DNA of 64,000 bases from Paraspadella gotoi (taxonomy: Eukaryota > Animalia > Chaetognatha): contig CM119271.1 in the NCBI GenBank assembly GCA_051294375.1, positions 12,577,039 through 12,641,038 of the forward strand, read 5' to 3'. The position numbers and the translations under genes were made by a program. Shown here one piece after another: positions 12,476 through 25,276 of this stretch (its first letter is position 1; every line of letters begins with the position of its first letter). A model generated the notes under the pieces. That model did not search any database, had not been told where the DNA came from, and saw only the letters and a program-made list of their open reading frames with translations.

Positions 12476-13852
12476 TGTCTCGATAGAGAGAGAGCGTTTT
12501 GTCTTGTCAGTTCGAAATGTACGCACGTCTGTGTTCCGTTGGTGATGGCGTTGGAGATGGCGTTGGTGATAGCGTTGGTGATGGCGTTGCGCGAAGTACG
12601 GAGGTTCCCTCCAGTTCTACTAATTATGATTTTTTTATATAAATATTGTTATTTTATCAAATTAAGTTGAGACACAAATGAGAGAATGAATAACAACGAC
12701 GACAACAATAACGAAAACATAAAGAACAACAACAACATGGAGAACAACCAAACAACTACAGCCCCATCGATTCTCCCATCATCAGCTACAGCCCCATCGA
12801 TTCTCCCATCANNNNNNNNNNNNNNNNNNNNNNNNNTGCCGAGTTCAACTTTCCCCATTACCACTATTCACTCCTAATTTTCATAATTCACCTATTTCTA
12901 TTTTAAACCATTCAATCAATCACCTTCTCGTCGCTTTTAATATCCGTTTCCATCATCTTTACTTATCTATTTCGCTAAAAAAAACACATATTTCTTTTTT
13001 CTTTCCTGCTTTTTTCTTTTACTCTACCTTTTCTTTCCTAATTTTTCCCTCATCTTTCTTTTTTTCATTTCTCCCGACTCTCTCTAGAACCTACTTTAAC
13101 AATCCTCCATAGACCGACTAAACGTCTTACTTACCTTAACCTTTCCATCTCCAAAACAAAAAACCTTCATCTCTCTCTCTCTCATTCTCTCTCTCACGGT
13201 CTCTCTCTCTCTTCTCTCTCTGCCCTCTCTCTCTCTCCCAAACACGTGTTTATCTTCGGAGCGGATCGGTCATGACCGGCCTCCTATATGTCGTCTCCCT
13301 GGGCGGTCGGTCTCTCTCTCCACATCTCTCCTCTCTTTCTCTCGGGTCTCTCTTCCTCTCGTCTCTCTCTCCTCTCCTTTCTCTCGTCTCTCTCTTCTCT
13401 CGTCTCTGCCTCTCTCTCTCCCTTTCTCTCTTTCCCTCGGTTGTCCCCGGACGAACGATCGTCACTTTTAACCTCTGCTGTATTCTCTCTTCTCTCTTTC
13501 TCATCTTTCTCTCTCTCTCTCTCTCTCCGCTGCATCTCTATCTCTCTCCTCCCGCCTCTCTTCTCTCTATCTCACTCCCACTCGCTCTCTGTTTCCATGG
13601 GTGGCCCCGACGGCCGAGTTTGACCCCCGGGGCCGAGTCTAAACCCCCCTCGCTGGAGACCAAAATTGGGCGTCGCGACCGAGAAGAGGGAAGCAGTTCG
13701 GTTCGTTCGTTAGGAAAAAAAAAGGGAATTGGACTAATTTGTTATATATTTATTATACATCTATTGTATATTAAAATTAATACAAAACTAACAAATGACT
13801 ACTAACTAACTTTGCGACCTCACTCAATCTACTCAATGAGCTTGACTAAACT

Positions 13853-14100
13853 TGTGGATAAGGCGTCGGGCTCACCAGTGTGGATAAGGGGCTAAGTGGG
13901 CAGAAGATGACTACCGTAACTTCATAACCCCTCTAGCTACATGGAACGGGTCCTGGGCTGGAACCAGCTTGAGGTTTTGCCACGGCCCCAAGGCGGCTTA
14001 CGGTGCCGCCTCACTCTTTCCCTGGGTAGGTACCGGTTAGGATTGAACGGTACTAGTGGTCATGAAGCTGAAATGGTTTTACTCAATGAGCCACCGGGTC
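13853..14100 (-). mobile_element. tRNA-derived SINE (mirror copy inside the inverted duplication)
   Basis: Reverse complement of 19769-20023, including flanks. Confidence 0.75.
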
Positions 14101-15108
14101 ACAACTGAAAGAGTTTATGCTTATAGGCGGGTGAACTAAGCAAAATGCCCGACTAACAAACTAACTAAGAACTAAATAACTAATCGAAAAGCATTAAAGT
14201 GACTCATTAACGAAACTAAACTAAACTTGACTAACTGGAACAACGAATAATTTACTAACTAACATGGACTCGAAATTCCTAATGCCTTAGCTCTTATCAA
14301 ACGCCTCCAACACCCGCGCTGACTTACACTAATCTTATCAACTACCTTTATCCACTAACCTTATCAGATACCTTATCACTAACCTTTATCATTAATCTTT
14401 ATCACTAACCTTATCACTAACCCTTATCACTAACTTTAATCACTAACCTTATCACTAACCGCTTCATCACTAACCCTTATCACTAACCTTTATCACTAAC
14501 TCTTATCACTAACTTTATCCTAACCCTATAGTTATCATAACCTTTATCATAATCTTTATCACTAACCTTAATCTTAACTTTAAAACCTAAAACTGATTCA
14601 ATTTAGAATTCGAAATAAACGAGGCGTTTTTCGAAAAAGGCCAGTTTTGGTATTTTTATTCAGATAGGGGGAAAAAACATAGTCGCCCGGATATTTGCCG
14701 GGTCAGTTGCGATATCGCCGGATCAACGGTGAGGGTCATCGGCGAGTCATGGCGGTCGTAGGGCTCCCGACTCCCGACGATTTTCCATAAGAAATTAAGT
14801 TATTAAATGTTTTGAACTATTCGTCGTTCGTCGTTGTCTCTCTCTCTCTCCTCGATCTCTCTCTCTCTCTCTCTCCATCTCTCTCTCTCTTCTCTCTCTC
14901 TCTCGTCTCTCTCCCGTCTTCACTATGAGTTTTAAATTTGAAATTCGAAGTTTAACGAGTAAGCGAGGCTTTTTCGATGTCGTTAAGTTTCGCGAAATGA
15001 GGCAAAGACGACGACGACGAACGACGACGAACGACGACGACGACGCCGACGAGTTTTGGAAGAAGTTTTGCCAAAACGATGAAAAAAAACCGAAGAGAGC
15101 AGAGAGAG

Positions 15109-15157
<49 letters not shown>

Positions 15158-17047
15158 GAAAAAGTGAGAAGAAAGAGAGAGACGGTGTCGTCTAAGAGTC
15201 AATTGATTTTCCTAAAATTTCTTCACCTTGTTTAATGAGCTGACAAATTTGGACGCTTTTAAAGATGTCATTTGAAATTTAGATTGGGATGATGACGACG
15301 ACGAAGATGAAAGTCGACGACACGACGACGACGACACGACGACGGCGACCGAAACTCGTTACGGGAATAAAAAAAGAAGAAAAAATCCAATTTTCTTGGA
15401 TTTCAACTTTAGAAGTATAATTTTTTCTCATTGGTTTTTTCTTGGTTATTGATATCTATTAAAAAATTCGGAGCGACTCTACAAGATACTTTTTTGACTT
15501 AATTGTTATGAATTAATAATTAAACCGTAAAAAGCGCCGACGCACCACGCATTGACGAAGCTAAAACCCAAAGGCTGTTGGGTAAATCTCTTTAAAGAAA
15601 TATATTAGATGAATTATTATTATTTGGTTTTATTGTAATTTAAGAATCAACCGAGCAACATTTTTTTTACAAATTTTCCCTACGTTTTTTTTGTTTAAAC
15701 TATTTTCATTATGAAAATTGGTGGCAACGATTAATAACTAAAAATTATCCCATTCATAATAATAAATAAAGCTATCTGCCCTTAACTTTTGGACGGGCTT
15801 TGGCGATTTAAGGCTTTCCATATATCAGCTGTAATATCATCTCCATCTCAAATCTAATCTCTATTGTCTATCTCTTTTTCTATCTCTTTTCTATCTCTAT
15901 TTATATCTCCTTTTTATCTCTATTTCTATCCTATTCATTCACTTCCCATCTCTCTCTCTCTCCTCATGCTCTCTCTCTTTCTCGCCCTCCATGCACGCAT
16001 AATAACGGGGTAAACCGAAAAGAATAGTTTTTCGTTTACGAGTTGGAATTCGCGGAATTAAGTTTCTTTTCCTCGTTTTAATTAATTTTCCCTGAACAAA
16101 TTTTTTGTTCGCATACGGCGATTCAAGAGGATGAAAAGACCTTTCAACTCGTTACTAAATTCATGATTATGTCTCACGTATGGCCGCACGGAAATGAGAA
16201 CAGTCTTCTTGAAGAATTCTTGACAGAATTTAACTGATTTTACTTTTCTTTTTTGATTTATCTGTCTTTTTACCATAATTTAGATTCTCGCGAATATTCT
16301 GATGACTCTGGTTTGAACCGCGCAACTATACCTGCAAAAGATTGCTACTCTTGTGGCAAGCATCAACACGCGACCCGACCTCTCTCTTCTTTCTCTCTCT
16401 CTCTCTCTCTCTCTCTCGATTTTCACCTACTCATCTGCTTCATCCTCCTCTTTTCTTTATTTCTACCATAGCAGACTTGAATTTTGAAATGAAAGGTTTA
16501 AAGAAAATAAAACCATTCTCGAATTTGTATAGATTTATTAATAAAAGCCTTAGTAATTGTAAATTTAATTCTTTTAAAAAAAAAATTACAGGAAAAAATA
16601 TAGAAAAAAGAAATCCTGAAAAAAAATCTGAAATTTAAAAAAACGGTAAGAAGATTTTTCGGAAATCTTTTTTGTTTACATCGACTGCGAAAGATTTACC
16701 CGTTTTAAATGCGTGATGCTTTCATTTTTCATTCATTCCTCAAATATTCATTATTCCTATTTTTTCATTCATTCCGCCATTTTTCATTCTTCCCCATTTG
16801 GTTCTCATTCCCCTCATTCTCATATTCATCTCTTCCTCAATTTAACTTCATATTACCCATTTTCATTATTCTCCCCATTTTATCTTATTCCCTAATTTTT
16901 CATTCATTTCCCCATTTTTCATTCATTCCTCATATTATTCTCTCCTCCCAAAATTCATATTCTCATTGAATACATGAGATTTATGCTTCTATTTTTTTTT
17001 CCTTCGCGACGAAAATTCGAGGTCCAATTTTCTTTGTTCTATCATTT

Positions 17048-17505
17048 GATGGGTAGTAATTCGATGGGGCTGTAGTTGTTGCATGGGAGAATCGATGGGG
17101 CTGTAGCGTGTGAGAATCGATAGGCTGCTTGATGGGAGGAGATCGTATGGCTAGCTTGTTGGGAGAATCATGGTGTAGTCGATGGGAGAATCGATGGGGC
17201 TGTAGCTGTTGATGGGAGATCTATGGGGCTGTAGCTGTTGATGGGAAGAACTGATGGGGCTGTAGCTGTTGAATGGGAGAATCTATGGGCTGTTAGGCTG
17301 TTGATGCGGAGAATCTAGGAGGCCTGGTTAGCTGCTTGCATGGGAGGAATCTATGGGGACTGTAGCTGTTTGATGGAGAGAATCGTATGGGGTCCTGGAG
17401 CTCGTTGGATGATGGGAGAATCGATGGGGATTGTAGCTGTTCCATCAACAGCTACAGCCCCATCGATTCTCCCATCAACAACTACAGCCCCATCGATTCT
17501 CCCCT
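17048..17505. repeat. 30-bp minisatellite that switches orientation at about 17441; also present at 12750-12811
   Basis: Unit CATCAACAGCTACAGCCCCATCGATTCTCC. Confidence 0.9.
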
Positions 17506-18941
17506 CAAATGAGTAAACAAAGAAAATGTTGGACTCGATTTTCGTCGCTGAAGGAAAAAAAAATAGAAGCATAAAATCGTCATGTATTCATGAGAATATG
17601 AATTTTGGGAGGAGAGAATAAATGAGGAATGAATGAAAAATGGGGAAATGAATGAAAAATTAGGCATGAAGAAAAAAGAGAATGAAAGGGGGGGGGGTGA
17701 ATTGGGAAATGAATGAAAATTAGAATGAATGAATTATCGAGGAATGAAGAAAATGGAATAATGAAAAATGGGAATGAATGAAAATTAGAAGAATGAATTA
17801 TGAAGCGAATGATGAAAAATGAAAAAGAGGGAGAAAGAGAGAGAGAGTGAAGAAAGAGAGAGACTGGGAAAAGGATGAATAGGATAGAAATAGACGATAA
17901 AAAGAATATAATAAAGATAGAAATAGAGATAGAAAAAGAATGAGAAATAGAGATAGATTCTGAGATGGAGAGTGATATAAGCTGATATATCGGACAGCCT
18001 TAATCGCCGCCAAAGCCCGTCCAAGTTAAGGGCAAGATAGCTTATTTATATATGAATGGATAATTTTCTAATCATCCGCGTTGCACCAATTTCATCAATG
18101 AAGAACATTTTTACACACAAAAAAAACGTAGGAAAATCTTCGTAAAAAAAAATCGTTGCTCAGTGATCTTAAAAATCTAACACATAAACAATCAATAATC
18201 CATTCATCCTAAATTTATTTCCTTTTAACAAAATTCACCAACACGCTTCTGGTTTGTAGCTTTCGCTCAATGCGGTCGGGCCGCGCGCTTTTACGGTTAT
18301 TTACACCACTACACACATAGTAAAAAATATCTGTCAGAAGTCGCTCCGAATTCTCCTCAATAGACTATCATAACCACAGAAAACCAAATTGAGAAAAAAC
18401 AAACCATTATACTCTCTCTGAAAGTTGAGAATCAACACCAAATTCGGCCGTTTTTCTCTCTTTTGTTTATTCCCGTAGACGAGTCTTTCGCCGTCGTCGT
18501 CGCGTCGATCGTCGTCGCGCATTCATCTTCGTCGTCGTCATCATCCCCTATCCAAATTTCACTGCAACAATCTTAAAAGCTCAAATTTCAGCTCACTTAA
18601 ACAAGTGAAGAAATTTAGACAACACAATTCCGACTCTTGACACACCCGCTCCTCTCTCTTTCTTACTTTTTCTTCTCCATCTCTCTCTCTCTCTCTCCTC
18701 CTCTCTCCTCTCTCTCTCTCTCTCTTCTCTCTCTCTTTTCGTTTTTCATTTCTCGTTTTGGCAAGAACTTCTTCAAAACCTACATCCGTCGTCGTCGTCG
18801 TCGCTCGTCGCGTCGTCGTCGTCGTCGTCGTCTCGCTTTGTCCTTCAATTTTCGCGAAACTTATACGACATCGAAAAAAGCCTCGTTACTCTCGTTAAAC
18901 TTCGGAATTTCAAATAAAACTGCGATAGTGGAAGACTGGAG

Positions 18942-18994
<53 letters not shown>

Positions 18995-19311
18995 GAGAAG
19001 AGAGGACGAGAGAAAGGGAGAGAAACAACGGACGAGACGACGAATAGTTCAAAACATTTAATAACTTATTGTCTTTAATGGAAAATCGTCGAGTCGGGCC
19101 AACCTGACCGGCCCATGACTCCGCCGTGATCTGCAACCGTTGATCCGGCGATACCGGCACCTGGACCGGCAAATATCCGGCGAGACATGATTTTTTTATC
19201 CTCCCTTTTATCTTGGGAATAAAAATACCAAAACTGGCCTTCTTTTCCGAAAACGCCTCGTTTTATTTCGAATTCTAAATTGAATCAGTTTTTAGGTTTA
19301 AAGTTAAGGAT

Positions 19312-19580
19312 TAAGGTTAGTGATAAAGATTAGTGATAAAGGTTAGTGATAACTGATAAGGGTTAGTGATAAAGGTTAGTGATAAGAGTTAGTGATAAAG
19401 GTTAGTGATAAGGGTTAGTGATGAAGGTTAGTGATAAGGGTTAGTGATAAAGGTTAGTGATAAGGGTTAGTGATAAAGGTTAGTGATAAAGATTAATGAT
19501 AAAGGTTAGTGATAAAGGTTATTGATAAGGGTTAGTGATAAAGGTTAGTGATAAAGATTAGTGATAAGGGTTAGTGATAA
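19312..19580. repeat. Roughly 13-bp minisatellite (GGTTAGTGATAAR)n; mirror copy at 14330-14570
   Basis: Directly visible tandem array. It abuts a sequence resembling the MITE terminal repeat (AAACGAGGCGTTTTTCGAAAAAGGCC at about 14617-14642). Confidence 0.9.
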
Positions 19581-19768
19581 GAGCTAAGGATTAGGAATTT
19601 CGAGTCCATGTTAGTTAGTAAATTATTCCGTTGTTCCAGTTAGTCAAGTAGTTAGTTTCGTTAATGAGTCACTTTATAGCTTTTCGTTAGTTATTTAGTT
19701 CCTTAGTTAGTTTGTAGTCGGGCATTGCCTAGGTTCACCCCGCCTATAAGCATAACTCTTTCAGTTGT

Positions 19769-20023
19769 GACCCGGTGGCTCATTGAGTAAAGCCTTCAGC
19801 TCATGACCACTAGGTACCGGGTTCAATCCTAACCTGGTACCTACCCAGCGGAAAGAGTGAGGACGGCCGTAAGCCGCCTTGGGGCCGTGGCAAACCCTCA
19901 AGCCTGGTTCCAAGCCCAGGACCCGTTCCATGTATGCTAGAGGGGGTTATAGAAGTTACGGATAGTCATCTTCTGCCCACTTAGCCCCTTATCCACACTG
20001 GTGAGCCCGACGCCTTATCCACA
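19769..20023 (+). mobile_element. tRNA-derived SINE
   Basis: Pol III A-box-like TGGCTCATTGAG (19776-19787) and B box GGTTCAATCC (19820-19829) with tRNA-like spacing, followed by a roughly 170 bp body shared with an independent copy at 63.7-63.9 kb. Confidence 0.8.
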
Positions 20024-20461
20024 AGTTTAGTAAGCTCATTGATTAGTNNNNNNNNNNNNNNNNNNNNNNNNNNNNNNNNNNNNNNNNNNNNNNNNNNNNN
20101 NNNNNNNNNNNNNNNNNNNNNNNNNNNNNNNNNNNNNNNNNNNNNAGAGAGAGAGAGAGAGAGGTTTTTTGTTTTGGGAATGGGAAAGGGTTAAGGTAAA
20201 GTAAGGTTAGGTCGGTCTATGGTAGGATTGTAAAGATAGGTTTAGAGGAGAGTCGGGAGAATGAAAAAAAGGAAAGATGAGGGAAAAGATAGGAAAGAAA
20301 AGGTGAGGAGTAAAAAGAAAAGAAAAGCAGGAAAGAAAATAAGAAATATGTGTTTTTTTTTAGGAAATAGATAAGTAAAGATGATGGAAACGGATATTAA
20401 AGGATAGAAGGTGATGATTGAATGGTTAAAATAGAAATAGGTGAATTATGAAAATTAGGAG

Positions 20462-20650
20462 TTGAATAGTGGTAATGGGGAAAGTTGAATGGTGGAAATG
20501 GGGAGACTTCAATAGTGGAAATAGAAATAGTTTATTTGAATGGTGGAAATGGGGAAAGTTGAATGGTGGAAATGGGGAGAGTTCAATAGTGGAAATAGAA
20601 ATAGTTTATTTGAAAGGTGGAAATGGGGAAAGTTGAATGGTGGAAATGGA
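20462..20650. repeat. Roughly 74-bp tandem repeat built from GAATGGTGGAAATGGGGA subunits
   Basis: About 2.5 copies visible. Confidence 0.75.
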
Positions 20651-21139
20651 AGAAAAAAAAAGAAAGTGGTTTTCAGTGAAAGGATATTAAAGCCCAGGAA
20701 AGAGGAAAAGTGGTTTTCAAAGTGGAATTCTGAAATGAGGGAAGGAATGTCTTTCTGGCAAATGGATCTGAGAAAAAAAGAGGGCGTGACGGATCTTTTT
20801 TCTTTTTTCTTTTTTTCTTCTTTTTTTCGGCGTCTCCGATTAAGGGTCACGCAGGATGAGTTTATCGCTGCTGAGAAACCTAAAGCGATGGAAGGTCAGT
20901 TTCTTTTGAAATAAAAATGGGTGAGAAAGAAGATTGGATAGAAATGGTTGGATAGAAATGAATGGAACGTCATAGGAAAATCGATTGGAAGGAGAGAAAT
21001 ATCATTGACTGACCGTTTATAGGAGAAACTCAATGAGTCACTTTTTTGGTCGCTCGGTCGGTCAGTCGGTATGTCTATCTGTCTGTCCAGTTCGGTTAAA
21101 ACTTCGATTAAGTTCATATTTGGTGGGAAGGTGAGGTCA

Positions 21140-21340
21140 CATTGATAGGGAAGCCAGGTACTCTGGGAGCGAATAGACAAGAATGTTAGAGAGATGGAAA
21201 GCTTACAGGGATCTGCTATGTCATTATCTTGTAAGAGTGATGGAGGCCTTAAACCACCAAAGCCTGACCAAAGTCAGGGGCAAGATAGCTAATTTATTAA
21301 ACGAATGGATCATTTCATATTGGTTGTACAAATTTCATAA
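21140..21340 (+). repeat. Unclassified roughly 200 bp dispersed repeat (family A), reference copy
   Basis: Core GTAAGAGTGATGGAGGCCTTAAACCACCAAAGCCTG.CCAAAGTCAGGGGCAAGATAGCT recurs at about 7365-7472 plus 7818-7905 (-), 9980-10095 plus 10545-10640 (-), 15705-15822 (-), 17990-18095 (+), 23340-23530 (+), 24820-25050 (-), 38205-38382 (+), 39895-39985 (-), 45000-45230 (+, degraded) and 53755-53853 plus 54415-54440 (-). Confidence 0.85.
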
Positions 21341-21662
21341 GATCTTTACCTTGCTACTTACAGCTTGTGAAGTCACGTGATAACTTTTAAAAACGTTCAC
21401 ATGACCCAAAATTTAATTTGGCTTAATTTTTGACGTTCTTTTGTTATTTTTCGCTTTCTCGAATCTAAGTGACTACTAGCGCCTCCTTTTGTGTAAACAT
21501 GAAAATAAATGACAAATTCCGATGCAGTGTGTGTCGAACATCAGGACTGGAGTTGCGTTCTTGTTAGAATATAACTAATGCCAGACATAAAGTAAAAGGG
21601 TTATTTAATACAGAGGCAAATGAATTTGGGAAGCAAAGAGAGAGGCCGATAGAAGAAGGGAT

Positions 21663-22151
21663 AACAAGATCGGTCCAATGAGTCGCGCCGCAGTGGCTTT
21701 ATTTTCACGTGTATTTCCCGTCTATTTATGACAGGCATCGGAATTGATCTTTTATTCTTAAAAGTTTTATGATTTTCTGAAGGCGGCGCTAGCAGTCNNN
21801 NNNNNNNNNNNNNNNNNNNNNNNNNNNNNNNNNNNNNNNNNNNNNNNNNNNNNNNNNNNNNNNNNNNNNNNNNNNNNNNNNNNNNNNNNNNNNNNNNNNN
21901 NNNNNNNNNNNNNNNNNNNNNNNNNNNNNNNNNNNNNNNNNNNNNNNNNNNNNNNNNNNNNNNNNNNNNNNNNNNNNNNNNNNNNNNNNNNNNNNNNNNN
22001 NNNNNNNNNTTGAGATTTTGAGTCTTAACAAATGAGCAACTAACTACGTGTATGCAAGTTATGAGCATTTTTAACGTAAGTGAGACAGACTGATCTAACG
22101 ACAGACCGACGCACCGACCGAAAAGTGACTTATAGAGTTGCTCCGCGAGTA
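21663..22151. mobile_element. HINE/DINE-like element copy interrupted by N gaps
   Basis: AACAAGATCGGTCCAAT start, CTGAAGGCGGCGCTAGCAGTC, and end GTGACTTATAGAGTTGCTCCGCGAGTA cut by a gap in the middle of the palindrome. Confidence 0.65.
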
Positions 22152-22728
22152 NNNNNNNNNNNNNNNNNNNNNNNNNNNNNNNNNNNNNNNNNNNNNNNNN
22201 NNNNNNNNNNNNNNNNNNNNNNNNNNNNNNNNNNNNNNNNNNNNNNNNNNNNNNNNNNNNNNNNNNNNNNNNNNNNNNNNNNNNNNNNNNNNNNNNNNNN
22301 NNNNNNNNNNNNNNNNNNNNNNNNNNNNNNNNNNNNNNNNNNNNNNNNNNNNNNNNNNNNNNNNNNNNNNNNNNNNNNNNNNNNNNNNNNNNNAGGAGGA
22401 GGAGGAGGAGGAGGAGGAAGAAGAAGAAGAAGAGAGAAAAGATGAAAAGGAAAAGAGATGGCGATTCCATCGAAACCGGAAAAGACATTAGGGGTTTTTT
22501 TTTGTGTTTAAATAAAAACTGGGAAAAAAAGTTTTATACTAAAATGTTAAAGAAAAGAAAGTTTTTTACTAGATGTTATCAGTGAAGGATTTTTTCATGG
22601 CTGCGGTTGAGGGACGAATGAATTAAATATTATCATTAAATATTTCGTAGTTAGCTTCAATAAATGACCTGCTTCAATCCCTCTATCTTTTTTTTGCATT
22701 GCTTATCTGTCTCTCTGTCTTCTCTTGT

Positions 22729-22772
<44 letters not shown>

Positions 22773-25276
22773 CTTCTGCCTCTCTTTCCCACGTCAAAAT
22801 CATGTCATGCATTTGAGGTTCAGGTCAGACTCTTTCACGTGAAGGAAGCGTGAAACATTTCCTTTCCCCAGGTTTCTNNNNNNNNNNNNNNNNNNNNNNN
22901 NNNNNNNNNNNNNNNNNNNNNNNNNNNNNNNNNNNNNNNNNNNNNNNNNNNNNNNNNNNNNNNNNNNNNNNNNNNNNNNNNNNNNNNNNNNNNNNNNNNN
23001 NNNNNNNNNNNNNNNNNNNNNNNNNNNNNNNNNNNNNNNNNNNNNNNNNNNNNNNNNNNNNNNNNNNNNNNNNNNNNNNNNNNNNNNNNNNNNNNNNNNN
23101 NNNNNNNNNNNNNNNNNNNNNNNNNNNNNNNNNNNNNNNNNNNNNAAAATTGGGAAAAAGAATTCGGTTTTTTTTTTACATGAAAAAACTGAAAACTTAA
23201 AACTGAACATTGTAGCGGTAGTATTTCATAGCCTGCTTCTCGTCCGAGAATCAGCAGCACCTATGGCGAACTCTGGACGAGTATTGATACAATTGAAACA
23301 TTCTTTGAAATATTATACCACTTCATTGATACTCTGATACTCTTAGTACTCTGGGAGTGAATAAACGAGACTGTGAGAGAGTCTTTATTGAAAGCATGCA
23401 GGGACTTGCTATGTCATAATCTTGTAAGAGTGATGGAGGCCTTAAACCACTAAAGCTTGTCCAAAGTCAGGGGCAAGATAATTTATTTATTAAATGAATG
23501 GTTAATTTTTCTATTGGTCGTGACTATTTCAATTTTTTTAAAATTAAGACCGAGAATAAGAAAACTTAAAATTTAAAATAAAAGCTCAAAACTAATAATT
23601 AAGAAACTTAAAAAACTAACTCAACAAACAAACAAAATAAAAACTAATATAAAAACTAAAAATTATAAACTTAAAAACTGTTAATTCAAAAAAAACTTAA
23701 AACTTAAAACCAAAAAAACTCAAAACAGAAAATCATAAAAGAATTAAAGCGCGGAGAAAAAGAAAACATTTTGCGACCCTAAGAAAATGAAAACTTTTCA
23801 GATCTGCCAACTTTTGTGACTCCGATGGAAATTGTATCTCTCTNNNNNNNNNNNNNNNNNNNNNNNNNNNNNNNNNNNNNNNNNNNNNNNNNNNNNNNNN
23901 NNNNNNNNNNNNNNNNNNNNNNNNNNNNNNNNNNNNNNNNNNNNNNNNNNNNNNNNNNNNNNNNNNNNNNNNNNNNNNNNNNNNNNNTCAATAAATCTCA
24001 ATAAATCTCAATAAATGATCCCCTCTCCGTAATAAATGTTCCCCTATTCTCGCCTTCCATCTTCCCACGTTCCATTTATTGTTCTTCTTTCAGTCATAAA
24101 AATGTCCGTTGATTTTTTTTTCTTCCCTTTTTATTGTTCTTTTTTTTTAATTCCTTTTCTTTATCTGACTTACCTTTGCTTTTCTTAATATCTTCCTTAT
24201 CTTTTTATTACCTTCGTATCTTTCCTGAACTTTCTTTCTTTCTCGTCTCTTTCTTCCTTTGATTTTTACTTTCGTTGCTGCTACTTTCTTTCCTCAATAT
24301 ACTACATCTATCTTTTCTAAAACATTTAATCTAATTTTATTCAATTTCTAAAATCTTATTTTTATCATTTTATTTTTACTTTTTTCCATTCACTCTTCTC
24401 CTTCTTTCTTAGAGATTTAATTTTCTTTTTGTGCCTTCATTTATTTTTCTCTCCCTCTTTCTTCCTTTGTATATTTATCATTATCTTCCCTCCCCCTCCT
24501 CCTCCTCCTCCTCTTCCTCCTCCTCCTCCTCCTGGTCAAAGATAATCATAAATAATGTTTTCCTTTTTTCTTTCTTTTTTTTCTCTCGAGACTCATTTTG
24601 CGAAATATGTCCGTCTGTCCGAATTTTCTTGCCGTCCGAGGGTCCGTTCGTCCTTTCGTCCGTCCGTCCGAAAAAAAGGAGAGCCCCATTTTCGAGCAGA
24701 GTTCGGCACAAGGATTTTTTTTTTTTTGCACAGTGATCTCGACGAAGCAACTCGTTAATTAAAAGTCTATTTGCTTAATTCAACTCAAGTCATAATTATT
24801 TTTCTGTAATATTTTATTAAATTGATACAACCAATATATAGTCAATTATTCATATATATATATATTAATTTTGTTAATAAATACTAAATAGTCTAACTTG
24901 CCTCCAGACTTTGGACAGGCTATGATGCTCTAAGGCCTCCATCACTCTTACAGGATAATAACATAGCAGGTCCCAGGAAGCTTTCAAGCCTCATTCAACT
25001 GTCTCGTTTACTCACTCCCAGAATAACTAACTGGCTTCCCCATCAATGAAGCGTTATTTTATTTTTATTAACTGTTTAAATCGTTTAAAAATATATTTTT
25101 CCTCTTTTTATTTATTCAATTGATTAAATTTTTTTTGTAGTCGGGCATTGAATATACACATTTAATCAAACAACGTCCAAGCAACATTGGAGCTTAAACG
25201 CAAAAAAAATAATATATTTATAAATTTATCCAGCATATCGTTCCAGTCTGTTTAACAGTCAAATCATGCAGCAACT

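Larger units (their letters stand above)
12837..20490. repeat. Large inverted duplication (arms about 12840-17100 and 17450-20490)
   Basis: Reverse-complement matches, e.g. 16940-17070 vs 17480-17620, 14620-14830 vs 19040-19270 and 12840-13170 vs 20146-20490. Turnaround at about 17441 inside a 30-bp minisatellite. Confidence 0.9.

Noticed and set aside
16295-16340. Hammerhead ribozyme core (CTGATGA)
   Set aside because: No stem II followed by GAAA and no flanking helices.
19769-19840. Functional tRNA gene
   Set aside because: A and B boxes are present, but there is no 3' acceptor-stem partner and the head is fused to a repeated body, so it is a SINE head.
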